A DNA stretch of 64,000 nucleotides, taken from positions 405,321 through 469,320 of the forward strand of contig MU004193.1 in the NCBI GenBank assembly GCA_010093605.1, given 5' to 3'. Source of the DNA: Lophium mytilinum (taxonomy: Eukaryota). A program made the position numbers and the translations under genes. This document shows, piece after piece, positions 14,695 to 28,226 of this stretch (positions within the stretch are counted from its first letter, which is position 1; the number at the start of each line of letters is the position of its first letter). The notes beneath the pieces are model-generated. The model searched no databases. It saw only the letters and a list, made by a program, of their open reading frames with translations, and was not told the DNA's origin.

Positions 14695-15630
14695 ATGCAC
14701 CCCCTCCTCTCCCTCCTCTCCCTCCTCCCCCTCGCCACCGCCCACGGCTACGTCGACAACGCCACCATCAACTCCGTCTCCTACCAATTCTACCAGCCCT
14801 ACTACGACCCCTACGTCTCGCCCCCGATCTCGCGCATCTCGCGCCCCATCCAAGGCAACGGCCCCGTGCAAGACGTCACGCTGATCGACCTCCAATGCGG
14901 CGGCTACACCGACGGCGGCGCCCCCGGCTCCTCCCCCGCGGCGCTGCACGCGAGCGCCGCCGCTGGCAGCACGGTGACGCTGTACTGGACGCTGTGGCCG
15001 GATAGTCATAAGGGGCCCGTCGTGACGTATATGGCGCGCTGTCCGGATGTGGGGTGCGCGAGCTGGGAGCCTGGGACGGAGTGCGTAGATTCCCATATCG
15101 TTTAACCCTTCCCTCAATCCTCAATCCGCTATATCAGAGCGGTTGGACAGTACCGCGAAAACTTAGATAGCTGACGCAAAGAGCGATTATTATAGGGCCG
15201 TGTGGTTCAAAATCGCCCAAACCGGCCGCACCGGCACCTCCGACACGTGGGGCGACTCGCCGCTCATGATCGCTGGGAACGCGGGGACGGCGTATACGAT
15301 CCCGGCGTGCTTGAAGCCTGGATACTATCTCATTCGCCACGAGATCATCGCGCTGCATTCTGCGTATGCGTATCCTGGTGCGCAGTTCTATCCGTCGTGT
15401 CATCAGTTGCAGGTGTCTGGGAGTGGGAGTACGGTGCCGGGGGGGTTGGTGGCGTTTCCGGGGGCGTATAAGGGGGCGGATGCGGGGATTACTTATGATA
15501 TGTATCAGGGTGAGTTTATTGAGGTGGTGGTGGGGGAGATTGGAGAAGGGGGTGGTGATTTAAGGATGAGGCTGACTTGTTAACAGCGCGAACGTATACG
15601 GTTCCAGGGCCAGATGTGTTTTCATGTTGA
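14695..15630 (+). CDS. AA9 (GH61) lytic polysaccharide monooxygenase, 3 exons (14695-15080, 15196-15509, 15587-15630)
   Basis: Signal peptide followed by mature N-terminal His (ATA|HGYV), then HKGP, WFKI, RHEIIALH, GAQFYPSC and C-terminal YTVPGP. Both introns restore frame. No CBM1. Confidence 0.95.
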
Positions 15631-16288
15631 GCATGATGTGGATGAGAGAAGATCAGAAAGATGGATTCGCGGGGATGAGAGGCTACTCGGAGGGGGAAAG
15701 GTTACATGAGTTTGGTCAAAGCGTCGTCTCGAATACATACAGTTCTCTAACCGGCACTACGGGAAAGTCTTTTCAAGGTTTCCCATGTTGTATCCAGGCT
15801 TTCGACGCTCCAATGAGCGCGTGTGTTTGTTGAATCCGCCAGCGGAATGCTTGTTTGGCTAAATTTGAAGTGCTTTCGTTCCCTCTCAACTATGAACCAT
15901 TACCATTGCTTCGCTCATTGATCTGTGGTCCTTTTGCTAGTACTGTGGTAGTGTTCCCTTCGGCCTTGTACTTGACCCATCCATTTGGTTCCACGATGTC
16001 GAGAAGAATGCAACCAATAGAGCTTCGAGTGATGAGAAATGCAGCGACACACTTGAGGAATACATGCCCTCTAGGCTTTTCGTACATTAGTCTAGCATCG
16101 CCTAAGGTCCCGTAGAACATTACAAAAAGTACGAAAAGACAATGCTGAAATGGCTGAAGCTTTGCGGGCCAACTGAAACGGTGGCAGACGATCCCTTCAC
16201 ACAGTACGTTCAACAGAAAGTCCGAGCGTTGTGCCACTACGGCCTGAGTGATACATGCCTTGTGAAACAGCAAGTAAACGATATGCCC

Positions 16289-18851
16289 TCAAGATATCTT
16301 GATCCTCTCGATCCGCGCCTCAGCTAACGGTTCCGTGGCCTCGTCAACTCTAGAGACTGACCCAACGCGGCGAAATGCCTGTTTTCCCAACGAATAGTCC
16401 TGCTCCAGAACGATACCATGGTGTACAACCCACCTATCGACCTCGTTTCGATCCTCACTCGTCACAAGGAAGAGCAATTGCAAGTCCTCCGTGCCGAACA
16501 TATAGCTTACCATACTAGCAGAAAGCAGTTTGCAATCTAGTTCAATGAAGGCCCCTCGTCCAATACCCCCGAAAGCGCTCTCACCCTGTCGTTGAATGTG
16601 GGAAGAGATGACCCGAATGAAGTCGAGGTCATCATGACCGTAATTTTCGAGCGAGTGGTCCCATATCACGCCTGACGCCACCGGCAACGATGCCCAAGAC
16701 CACGTAGGTGCATGGTAAGAAGTAGAACGAGTAGGGTCTCTGTCCCACCGAGCGGGTCCTGTTCGGGCTGTCAGGCCCTGGTGGCGAGGAGCAGTCCAGC
16801 AACGATCCAGCAGTATACTCTGCGCCCATAAACCGGCGAGATAATCTGAGCCCTGGAACAGATCAGCCATTTTTGTGGCCATTCCTGCAAGAGCGGGTAA
16901 GATGTCGGAAGCGTTCGTCAGTGTTCTAGCGGAGTAGTCTTCGACTACGTGGCGCCACAACCAATCTGGACGCGTGCGGTTCTGAGGCACTTCTTTCAGA
17001 ATCCATGGCTGGACCCTGGACGGCAGTGCCTGGCTGCGTTTTCTAGGTGTTGAGCCTCTTGGTAGTCGGAGGTGATGGTGACGACATTCGAACTCTAGCA
17101 AAGGTGTTCGGCGGTACTCTCTAGAAAGAGAGGTACCTATACCATCTGCATCATCTTCGATGCAGTACAGAACCCTGTTGGAGAGGGTCTCTTCCTGTAG
17201 AGTCCATCCGCGCCCTTTCTAGGAATACCGCGGAGCAGCTTGTATCGCTTTGGGAGCTGTGGCGCTGGTGACCGATAGCTCAAAATCGAACTCGTTCAAT
17301 CGGATTGGGATGTTGACAATCGTGGAAGGGAGATCATGGGCTGTGATAAAGCCTTCGGAAGCCTCAACTGCTTCTCCAGCAACTATCGTGAGATCAGCGC
17401 CGCCATAGATTCGCGACATTTCAGCAGCTTCTTTGCGCCAATCGCTATCAGAATCCTGGATGATGCCAGGCTATCAACCCAGATGCGGTCAAAGCCGAGA
17501 GCTCTCGCAAGCTGGATAGCATCCCGAATCGTTTTTGGTAGTTCGTTGGCGAAAAAACCTAGCCGTCTGCGAGCTAGGTTCTGTCGTGTGGTTACGTAGG
17601 TTGGCCGACCGACATTGTCAGATTCGGGTAGGCCCCAGCAATATGAAAAGGCAGCGTAAGGCTTCCCGGACCGACCTTCGAGACGTTCTGCTATCTGTAG
17701 ACTGCCATTGCCAACTGATATGTCTATCATGCGAGCTGGATCAAAATCTGATCGCATTCTGCAGAGTTCATGGGCTTTGGAGTCATTGCACTCTTTCATC
17801 CACTCTCTCGCTTTCTCGAAACGCTTGTCTGTAATGATGTCCATGGGAGGGGCAGGGGTTGGAGGGGAAAAATCTAATAGCTTCGTCAGCTAGTTGAGAA
17901 AAACAAAACGACATAGATAAGCCTTCCTACCAGGACTTCTTGCGTAGCCATGGGCTGGAGCATGGGGACAGTATTCGACCTCGAACTTGCGATGTCCCCA
18001 CATTTTCCCCGTAGGATCTGTGACACGGGTGTCGTGACCTATTGGGCCTTTGAACCGGGTCTGGGGCACATGATGTGAGCAATAAATGGACAGATCGCCA
18101 CAGCAGGGGCCGTAGCCAGACGCTGTGCTTGATGTGGAGTTGCCGTCAATAATTGGGACAGATTCCAGCAATAGCTGAATGTAGACTTCGTGAGGCCGTG
18201 CGTCTCGTGGACACAAGTCGTAGTACTTCCAGTTACGATATATCAGATCGCGTCTGAGAACCTGCCGGATGAATTTGCTCTTTTGACAGCCCGAATCTGA
18301 CTGCTCTTTGAGTTTGGGAAACTTGGGATATAGGTCCCACGACTCGAAAGAGATACGAGCATAAGTCAGTCCATCATCGAGTTCCCCATTGGTCGCCTGG
18401 CGTTTGAAGCAGGTCACTGTGACCTTAAAAGAATCTTGTCTGGTCCCCGGGTCGAAGTTGATTCTTGGTGGAGTGTTTCTGGTACCATCAGCCACTACTC
18501 AAACGCAAGGCACGAAGCGTTGGCATACTCCCTTTGCCACCCTTCCGGGGTTGGAGGGTCAGGAATCTCCGGCGGGGTTCCATTGAATGCCCATATTCGA
18601 CCGCTGGAAAGCCCAGTAGGACCGCTAGAAAGCCCGGTGGGACCGCTGGAAAGCCCAGTGGGACCGCTGGAAAGCCCAGTGGGACCGCTGGAAAGCCCAG
18701 TGGTACGAGTCGCTGAGGTCACTAAGCGTGAGGGAGTAGACCCGCCGTGAAGCTCAAACAGCGGTAATTTAATTTCTCCGTGTTGCAGCCCGATCTTAGT
18801 AACTCGTTCGGAAGGCCGCTCCTCTGACTCAATGGAGACTTCGACTCCCAT
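16289..18851 (-). pseudogene. HET-domain (heterokaryon incompatibility) gene inactivated by a frameshift and a premature stop
   Basis: Motifs YAAFSYCWG, LPKTIRDAI, IWVDSL-(C)IIQD, MSRIY..ADLTI, RGWTLQE, DILPALAG, YLAGLW, APTWSWAS. A 1-bp deletion near 17466 (CTG GC ATC ATC CAG) and an in-frame TAG at 17219-17221. In-frame introns near 18529-18479 and 17930-17877. Confidence 0.85.
18599..18703. repeat. 21-bp coding minisatellite x5 (GACCGCTGGAAAGCCCAGTGG; encodes GPTGLSS on minus strand)
   Basis: Five near-identical tandem units inside exon 1 of the HET gene. Confidence 0.95.
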
Positions 18852-20121
18852 GATATCTGTCAATGAGCGAGCTGACTGAAGGTAGAAGGCCAATACAGTG
18901 CTCTTGATAAAGCCTAGACACGTTGCTTTAGCACCATTAGAGGTGTCTCAACGCGCCCAAAAATTGTTTAGAGAGACGATATTTTCTTGAGAGCTTGAAT
19001 TAGAGGATTTCCGCACGCTGACCATTAGCCTGCTTGCCGCTGTTTATGGTGTCATAGCACGTTATGATACACAGCGAGGTGCTGGCAGACAGGCGAGGCT
19101 CTTTTCAACGTTTCGGGCCTTGAATGGAACGGTAGGGAGATTTAGTGGGAACAACAAGATAGACTGCAAATGTTCACAAAGGTGCAAAGAGATTGATAGA
19201 CGCTCGAGAAGGGACGATTAGTGTAGGAGACGGGGCATGCTTATCAGCAAGTTATGGTGTTGCCTGTTCAGCCTTCTTTGAGGCTGAGTCCTCGTGATGA
19301 AGTCTGTAGCCTTCCTACAAAGTATCATGTCGTTCACCTCTGATACTTGAACAACACAGCATGGCATCAGAGTCAAAGATTTGATTTGCAGGACGAATCT
19401 TGGAATTAGCATTGATCAGTTGAGTAAAGTGGTTCCTGGTGGTGGAAATAGTGTATCCAAAGTGCCAAGGTCAAGGACTTCGGGAGTATCGGAGGGGGTA
19501 AACTTTGTTGTCAGCAAATCCGAACGGAAGCCGAGCAAATCTGGGGAAAACGTCAGAACTGAAGCTAGACCTGATTTAGCTACGGTGACGACACTAGCTG
19601 TCTTTCCTCTCAGCTGTATCACGACGACAACAAGCCTCTCACGGCCGAGGGAGCATCATTTTTAGTATCTCAGGATCCAGAATACATTCACCGCTGACCT
19701 AGCATCCTGATACACGCCTGGCATAGGTGTGCAGGCCTTGGGGCCCTGAGGCCCTGAGCGAGAATCGGACCTCGGTCCTCCTTTATCACCACTAGCTCCA
19801 CAAGCAGAGCTTTCCCCACATTCACGGCGCTCCTGGCAAACGGCAGCGCCATGCGAGTCGTCGGCCGGGGATGCGCACGCAGCCTCTTTGAGGACGAGCC
19901 CGGGCCTGAGGTCATCATCTGACGCCGCGATGCAAGCATAGACAAGCATAGACATCCACAGCTTCCCTCTCGTCGGCCGACCTTCACGGGAACCTCACAC
20001 GGCAATTGAACCGAGCCCTCGCCTTGTACATATTCTCTCTCCAGTCACCCCCCCCCCAGTGAGGCCCCCAAGAAGCCTACTCACAGCTCTCCAGTTCCAC
20101 GCCCTTCCCTCTCCCCGCACG

Positions 20122-22101
20122 ATGCCCTTCCACCCGCCCTCATGGGTGCCACAGCTCCCGTTTGACCCGCCCGACTCGTGCACCATCGCCGAATTTATGT
20201 TCGACGAGAACTATGGTCGCTACCCGCTTGGCTACTCAAAACCACCCTTTACGTGCGGCATCTCGGGCAAGGAATACTCGGCCCTGGAGGTGAAGGAACG
20301 CGTTGACTTTCTCTCGCGGGGATTGGCCAAGGAACTGGGCTGGAGTCCGAATGTGGGAACCGAGTGGGACAAAGTGATTGGTGTGTTTAGTGTGAATACG
20401 GTGGGTTCCCCCAACACGGTGAATTGAGAATGTGAACAGCAGAGCTGATTCGTGACAGCTGGACACCCTTCCCCTGGCATGGGCGACCCATCGTCTCGGT
20501 GGAATACAGACGCCAGCGAACGCCGCCTATTCCGCTGCCGAACTCGAGTTCCAATTGAAGAACTCAAGCGCGAAATGTCTCTTTACTTGCCTCCCACTAC
20601 TCAAGACGGCTCTACAAGCCGCGAGCGGTGCCGGAATACCCAAGGACAGAATCTACATTCTCGAAGTCCCGAAGGAGGTGACTGGTGGACAGGGCACTCC
20701 AGCAGGCTTCAAGACCGTCGACGACTTGATCAAGGAGGGAACAGGGCTCCCACGGTTAGAGGCATTGGATTGGAAGGATGGAGATGGCGCACGGAAAACT
20801 GCGTTTCTCTGCTATTCGAGTGGAACGTCTGGCCTGCCGGTATTGCCTGAGCGTGAACATCTTCATCATTCTCATACTAATCGAAGCCACAGAAAGGCGT
20901 CATGATCTCCCACCGCAACGTAATCGCAAACACTCTGCAGATGGCCACTTACGACAAACCCAACCGGGATAGGCTACGAGAACCTGGCAGTCAAGTCGAC
21001 TACATTGAGACAACCCTAGGCCTCCTACCGTTCAGCCATATATACGGCCTAGTCGTTATTTGTCACGCAGGAATCTACGTGGGTGACGGGATATGTGTAC
21101 TACCCAAGTTTGAGATGAAACAGTTCCTGGATGCGGTCCAACGCTTCAAGGTGTCAATGCTATATTTGGTAAGAGGATTGAATGTCTCAACCCCTAAGCG
21201 CATTTCTGATCGTCCTAGGTACCTCCAATCATTATCGCTATGACGAAGAACAAAGCCATCCTAGACAAATACGACCTAAGCCACGTCAGAGGTATCTTCA
21301 CCGGTGCTGCCCCATTAGGTAAAGAAACAGCAGAAGACTTGCAAAGGATATTCCCGAAATGGGCTATCCGACAAGGCTACGGTATGCCCCCCTCCCCACA
21401 TCCACATCCAAACTCCCTCGCTCAATTCTAACCTACTGCCAGGCCTTACCGAAACCTGCACCGTCGTCTGCTCCACCAGCCCCGACGACGTCTGGTACGG
21501 CTCCTCCGGCTCCCTCCTCCCCGGCATCACCTGCAAAATCGTAACCCTCGAAGGCGCCGAAGTCTCCGGCTACGACCAACCCGGCGAGCTCTGCGTCAAG
21601 TCGCCCTCCGTCGTGCTCGGCTACCTCAACAACGACAAAGCCAACAAAGAAACCTTCATCGACGGCTTCATGCACACAGGCGACGAGGCCGTGATCCGCA
21701 AATCTCCCAACGGCCACGAGCACGTCTTCATCGTCGACCGCATCAAAGAACTCATCAAAGTCAAAGGCCACCAGGTCGCCCCCGCCGAGCTCGAGGCACA
21801 CCTCCTCACCCACCCCGCCGTCAACGATTGCGCGGTTATCCCCGTCCCGGACGACAAGGCCGGCGAGATCCCGAAGGCGTTTGTGGTCAAGTCGCCGAAC
21901 GTGTCGCTGGAGGAGAGCGAGCGCGTGCTTGCGCGGGACATTGCGAAGCATGTCGAGAAGCATAAGGCGCGGTATAAGTGGATCACCGGAGGCGTGGAGT
22001 TCATTGATGTGATTCCGAAGTCTCCGAGTGGGAAGATTTTGAGGCGGTTTTTGAGGGATAAGGAGGTTGCGGCGCGGAAGAAGAAGGCGGCGAAGCTGTG
22101 A
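20122..22101 (+). CDS. 4-coumarate/phenylacetyl-CoA-ligase-like acyl-CoA synthetase, peroxisomal (PTS1 AKL), multi-exon
   Basis: YSSGTSGLPK P-loop, QGYG/LTE, TGD, IVDRIKELIKVKGHQVAPAELE, IPKSPSGKILRR and C-terminal AKL. Confidence 0.93.
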
Positions 22102-22722
22102 TCTTACGTGTATTTGAGATGCTTGGATTGGGGTGGTGAGTGCCTTAGATATGGGTGCTTTAGAGGGGTAGATCGGCTGTATATAGCTCTGGATGGGCGT
22201 GGGGTCCGAGACGCAAGCACCCGCTAAGTTGAGTACACAGGTGGTCGAATATTGTAACATGTACACATCGTTTGACTAGTTGTCGGTTTTGTGAGGAGCC
22301 TCCCTGTCTTTGGAAACTGGAGTACTTAATATGAATGTTGTCGTCGGATACAGCACCCGAACACGAGTCTACACTGCCCTGCCCTGCCCTTATCTAGGCA
22401 CTTCACATTTCATCGGAAACTACCTCGGAGGGCGATTTCGCAGTGTTGTCCAGGCCGGTCGGCACCACTCATCAGCAGTCACAGTGAAGTCTTAATTCAT
22501 TAAAGTGCCCATTCGTATACAATTGATCTACCTATGAAACGCAAGAGGATGTGCAAGTCGTGCCGGACCCCAGCGGGGTCCAGTCTGAATAAGACAGCTA
22601 TTTAAACAATTGAAAAAAAAACACAAAGAGACGCCCAGCGCAACCAGTCAATCGCTCTACCTGCCCGCAATCGGTTTGATAGTACCCGAACAAGAACTCC
22701 CAAATTCGAAGGAAAGCCCAAT

Positions 22723-23899
22723 TTAGTTTTCGTCGGGAACAACCTCCTTCTCGGAAACCACCTCGTACACCGGTGGTGCCTCGCCCTCATATTCGGGGAG
22801 CTCGGAGTAGACCTCCTTGTCGCTGCCCTTGGGATCGACGTCCTCTTCGTCGTTCTGGGCGACGCTCTCGTAGTCACCTACCCTGCCGCCGCGGATCTTA
22901 GCCCATACAAGAGCAATGGCGGAGCCAATAACCATGCCGATAAGGTAGGTGAACGCTCCGGCGAAGATTCCAACGATGATGGGGAAGATGATGGTGAAGA
23001 GCAACCAGCGGGCGCGGGCCAGGCCCTTAGAGTGGTGATGATGATGGTGGTGGGGACGGTGCCCATCCTGGTTTTCGGAGTGATGCGGGCGATGGTGGGG
23101 ACGGTTGGGGCGATGGGCATGAGGATGCTTGCCATGTGCGCCCGGTCGCTTACCCTTGTGGCAGCCCTTTGAAAACTTCGTCTTGATCGCTTCGAACTTG
23201 TCGGCGACGATGGACTTCCACTTGCAGACCATGGGCCATTCTTTGCTGCACTCCTTGGTCTGCTCTTTCGGGCTTCCTTCGATAGCAGCCGGGGCAGGTT
23301 TAATAGATGCGATCATCAAACGTCCGGCGTTGTCCTTCAGAAGGAAGATGGTAAGAGCAGGCATGGAGACAGAGTGTGTCTCGACAGATGTGATTCGGAA
23401 AGTCATAGGTAGAAGCTCGGTACCAGCCTCGCTAATAGTCTCGCCGCTGTTGTAGTGGAAGGAGTAGCCTGTTACGCGGAGGCGGAGAGGCTTGTCGGAC
23501 TCGGCATCAACCTGTGTGACGGTGAAGGGCTCCGAGAAGTGGCTGAAGGATGGGGGGTATAGCTGAGCGCCGCTGATATCAAGTGTGGCCATGTCCTGGC
23601 CGATCTCGAAGTCGATGAGCTATACGGAGATGTCAGCGTCAAACGTAGTCTCGCGACCCGGAAGTACCTACATAAGATGTGCCGACATCCTTTGTCCACT
23701 TCAGCGTCTTCTCGCCCGATGCCACAGGGCAGCCGGGGCACTCGACAGTGACGGCCTGCTTGTAGGCATCGACGCCGAGCGTCTCGATACTGTTATCATC
23801 GCCGATGCTCTCGATACCGAGGTTTGGTGGGATGACGATGGCGCTCGCAGTGGCGGCCAGCGCCAGGGCAGCACCGAGCCCAGAGGAAGGGAAGCGCAT
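22723..23899 (-). CDS. Fungal signal-peptide protein with CxxC, His-rich linker, C-terminal hydrophobic segment and acidic tail (2 exons); function unknown
   Basis: MRFPSSGLGAALALAATASA signal, ECPGCP, one intron near 23671-23620, HHHHHH tract and WLLFTIIFPIIVGIFAGAFTYLIGM hydrophobic segment. Strong C-ending codon bias. Confidence 0.85.
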
Positions 23900-24690
23900 A
23901 GTGTTAAAGGTCGGCCAATACGCAGGAGATAGCCAGGGATAGAGTGTTGTTGAATGCAGAGGAGTGTTGTTGTGAGGTGTTGAGGGCGTGAGCGGAGACA
24001 AAGACGGCCTGGGGCTTAGAACCCAGGTGCGTCGTCATACAGATCACGTGCGCTACATAAATATCTCTCCACCGAGCGCTTCAACTCTCAACCCCCTTAC
24101 ACGCCCTTGACATCGTCTCACATCTGTTTCCATCTCGATATGCTCCAACTTTCCATAACGAGGTTTGTTTCTCGTCAAGAAGCCTACTCATCGTCTGAGA
24201 TCATGTGACTATGTCCTTGCTGAGGATGAACGTGTCCAGGATTCCCACCAGTGAACACCACTATCGCCTCAGCGTAACTGATTCCTCGCTATTCACACTG
24301 TCAGACGATGGCTCGGAGTACACATCGTAAGAATCAATAACTCAGATGCCGTGAAAACGAGGTATGGAGATTCTAGTGAGTTTCATTGGTACAGCGTTGA
24401 GAAGCATGGTATGGTTTTGGGCCCTTGTTTCTATGCAAGAGGAAAGGATCAAATTAACATTTGAGATGTTGCATATACTCTCTGAAGAACCAAAGCAAAC
24501 GCTGACTAGATAACGACGACGCCCGAGGCTCATGGCTCCTTATATCTACTAGATTTCCTAAACTGGAGCAATGATTGAAAAATAACGTTTGTCAAGTCGC
24601 GGTGGTCGACGTGCCCGAAAAGGCGGCCTTGGAGCTACGTCCTTCAGTACCGTGCAGCCAGGAATGCGAGCCTCCCCGAATTAGGCCAAG

Positions 24691-25905
24691 TCAATGACAG
24701 TGATACTCGCTGACCCCCAGTCTCTCAACCTTCGAGATTGAGCTCATGTTGGTAGTCAATGGTATCTCGTCTACCTGGCGCGTCTCCGTATGAGGAGCTT
24801 TACGATTTGGGTCGACGAAACTCGGTAACGAAGGGGCCGTTGCTTTCGAGGCTGTTCTTGTAGTTCGGCCGACCCATCCAGACGCGGAACGATAAAGTAG
24901 TCGAAGCTTACTGTTGACAAATCCATCCTCTTTAGGGAGGTAGACGCGGAAGACAGGCAAGGAAGTGCAAATTACAGCAAATCCGAGATGGAGACCCGTC
25001 CACAGTGAAAGGCCGGCCATCGAGGTGATGGTGTCGTCTTTGCCCGGATGATAGCCGTAGACCATGCGGATGACGCCCGTTAAAATGACCCTGTTTCATT
25101 AGAAAGAATCTTGACGTGTGCAATGCAGAGACTCACAATCCTCCGGTCAGGAATATCGTTGCAATACCAAGTCTCTCTCGCAGTGGCAGCCTCAAATGCC
25201 AAATGATTCGAACTGGCAGACATACGAGCATCAAGTCCAAGCACGCATTGAAAATCTCGCTAGATAAGAATCCGGTTTGATTGTCAAGGCATTCTCCTTC
25301 AACGGTAGCGTCGAGCAGGGCAGCGATGGGCTTGCATTGGAACGACACGGTGAAGATGAGGCAAAGAAGCCAGAGGATAGACAGAGCACCAACGGTTTTG
25401 AGGCTCCATCCAAGCCACCGTTTGATGCTGAAGAGTCTGTAATACAGAAATATGACAGACATGCGCGCAGCGACTTCGCAAGCATCGGTCAAAAGGATTG
25501 AGGCATAAGCCGTCTGGAGTCGTTAGCAAGCCGTCTAGTCTCTCGTTGTGTAGTCATATTCTCAAGATATCCTCAGGACTCACCCGCAATGCATAATTCT
25601 GATCGGTAATAGAGAGTTCATGGGTCGGTATCCTTTTCACATGAGGTACGTTCTCTTCATGCCATGCCCTTTAGTATTAAGTCCACATATCATACTTTGA
25701 AAAGAAAGGATTTACCTAGAATAGTACAGGCGAAATCACCCCACATGAAGAGAAGCGCAGAGAATGAGATCCAATCATCCCATTTCAGGACTGCTTTGGT
25801 TCGCCTCCTTGCTAAAAACCGAAGGATGATAGCGGTCGTAGCCGCAAGACCCATGACAGCATGCAAAAGCCATATTTTGAGATACTCTCTATCCGCCTGA
25901 TCCAT
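24691..25905 (-). CDS. Pth11-like integral membrane protein (fungal rhodopsin-type domain, no CFEM), multi-exon
   Basis: LRFLARR...WDDW, RMSVIFLYYRLF, FQCKPI, DLMLVCLP..IWHLRL, AVICTSLP motifs. Confidence 0.85.
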
Positions 25906-26484
25906 TGTGGAATGGTAAAAGAAGTAAGATTCACGAAGAGGAGAGAGACACCTGAAAGTTGAAGAGCGCGGCGTATACCTTTTGTGGCCTACGTCCTTTA
26001 GTTCTCGATGTCGTGGAACGTTTCCTAGATCCCGAGTCACTAATAGTGTGTCACTTGAACCACCGCCGACGAGGAAGTGTGGCTCCACGAGAAAATTAAC
26101 TGATATCGGCTGCAGTCCGTGGAATCAGCCCACAGCTTCCGGGCCGATCACTCCTCCATACTCGATCATTGCATCATTGTATATCCTCGTGTTGTGTGCC
26201 ATGATCACAGAAAAGCTGTCCCATTCTTTGTACTCCCCGAGGAGTAGTTACAATACCCGGTCGCACAGAAGCCCTTCAAGAGCCAGATGGGACCCGAGTA
26301 AATCCCCGACACGGACTCCGGGATTTAATAGAGGTTGCTTCTTCTCTATTACGCACGGGTCATTGTGCACTTGCAGATGCAAGGAGCTTCGATGTATCTA
26401 TCAGAGAATAACGCAACCTCGTCTTCGCAGCCCATCAGAAACTCCCCTGAGAAACAGCTCAAATAGTGGCGTTATTTGGCTCAT

Positions 26485-27915
26485 ATGGCTAGCAGACTTT
26501 CGACACACATGACAAAAAGTCTAGAGGGCCTTCTTTCCAGACTCGCAGCCGTTACACAGCCCAGGGAGTCGTCAGCGGACCTTGTTGATCTCTCTTCTGC
26601 CGAGAACCTCCTAGTTCGAGACCAGGTCCGAGAGATATGCATCAACGCTGTTCAGGATCACCTGACCACTGACGTTAGTAGCCACAATCCCGTTCCTGGG
26701 CAGCAAGTTATTTTAGCTACTGACATTTCTCCAGGCCCTTTCTCAACTTCCGAGCTTTGGCGGAGATGTCGACACTCGCACGGCGTTGGCTTCTTTCTTT
26801 AGCGGCTACTTCCGACCAGCCAGTACTGTTTCTTTTGACCAAATCGTCCTCACTGCTGGCGCAGGAAGCTGCGTTGAAGCGCTGGTCTATAGCTTTTGTG
26901 ATGAAGGGGATAGTGTCCTTATTCCAGGTCCATATTGGTGTAAGTGGTGACTACTCCGGGCTATTCAACATAAGTAAAAGTAAACTGAGATAAGAAATCA
27001 GTCGGTTTCGAACCTTATATCAATCTACGTCCAAAAGTCAACATCGTCACAGCAAATCCTCAAAGTTACGCACATCACGCTACGGATCTGCTCGCCACCT
27101 TGCGCGCCACGTACGCCGCGACCGAGAACCCACAGCGTATCAAGGCAGTCATACTATGCAATCCACACAACCCGTTCTCGCAATGCTATCCAGAAAACAT
27201 CCTACGATCGTGTATGAGCTTCTGCCAGGAGTTCAACTTGCACTTCATTTCGGACGAGCTTTATGCGCTAGCCGAGATAAATCCCACTAAAGAGCAGAGG
27301 TCGAAATTTGTCTCTGCTCTCTCGCTCGCCTCCGATCCCAACGATCACGATGGGCTCATAGATCCCAGTCTTGTTCACGTAGTCTGGAGTGCAAGCAAGC
27401 TATTTGGGCTCAGCGGATTTAGAATTGTAAGCCATCCTTATCCATGAAGATGACCTTCTGATTTACATCCTTTCTAGGGCTGTTTGGTATCTCAGGCTAA
27501 CCCTCGAGTGCGGGCTGCTGTCTCACTGCTGACTTATTCCAACACCTCTTCGCTCAGCGCCATTGCTCTGAAAGCCCTTCTTTCATCGCTTGATCTTTCT
27601 TCCCTCATTAACGTCAGCTCGCAGCGCTTGACTGACTCATACTCGCGCTTCGTTGAACTATTTGAAGAACGTGGTATCGACTATCTACCGGCCAACTCGG
27701 GACTGTTTGTCTTTGCAAAACTTGGGAAGAAGGCGACCAATGCCGAAGAAGAAGCAATCTTCTTCGAGAAATTGAAATTTGGCGGTGTTATGGTCAGCCC
27801 AGGCAGATTCTACATTGGCTTAAGCACGGAGTTCGGATGGGCGAGGATCACGGTGGCAGTGCCATTGGAAATTGTCGAAGTCGCCCTGGAGAGGTTGAAG
27901 AGATGTCTTGAGTGA
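26485..27915 (+). CDS. PLP-dependent class I/II aminotransferase-fold enzyme, ACC-synthase/GliI-like, 4 exons
   Basis: DLSSAEN, TAGAG, GDSVLIPGPYW, CNPHNP, SDELYA, SASKLFGLSGFRIG (PLP lysine) and GWARIT. Three GT-AG introns. Confidence 0.88.
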
Positions 27916-28226
27916 ATATCTGGGAGCTGTGCACTGACAGGTACTGTTTCACATATAACTTCACCACTCCGCACAATATAGCTCTCTAATGCAGCTCTAA
28001 TAGTCTTCCAGAGTATTCAATCTGCCTTATTTACATCTATCAAGATGGGTGGAACTGAACAAGTACAGATACTGTATGGAACGCCCAGGCTTTCTTTAAG
28101 TAGCAGTAAGAGAGCATAGAGTCTACCCACATTTACAGTACTAGTTCCATTCTTAGTGCTATCATCTCATACTCCTTAATTATGTGCCACGACCTGTCAA
28201 CCTATACCCTCCTGAGAGTCCTCGAT

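Noticed and set aside
19100..19640. Minus-strand ORF fragments as a gene
   Set aside because: Short, interrupted by stops, with no recognisable motif or clear splice structure.
21433..22266. 277-aa minus-strand ORF
   Set aside because: Antisense shadow of the codon-biased CoA ligase exon. The same applies to the plus-strand ORFs over prb1.
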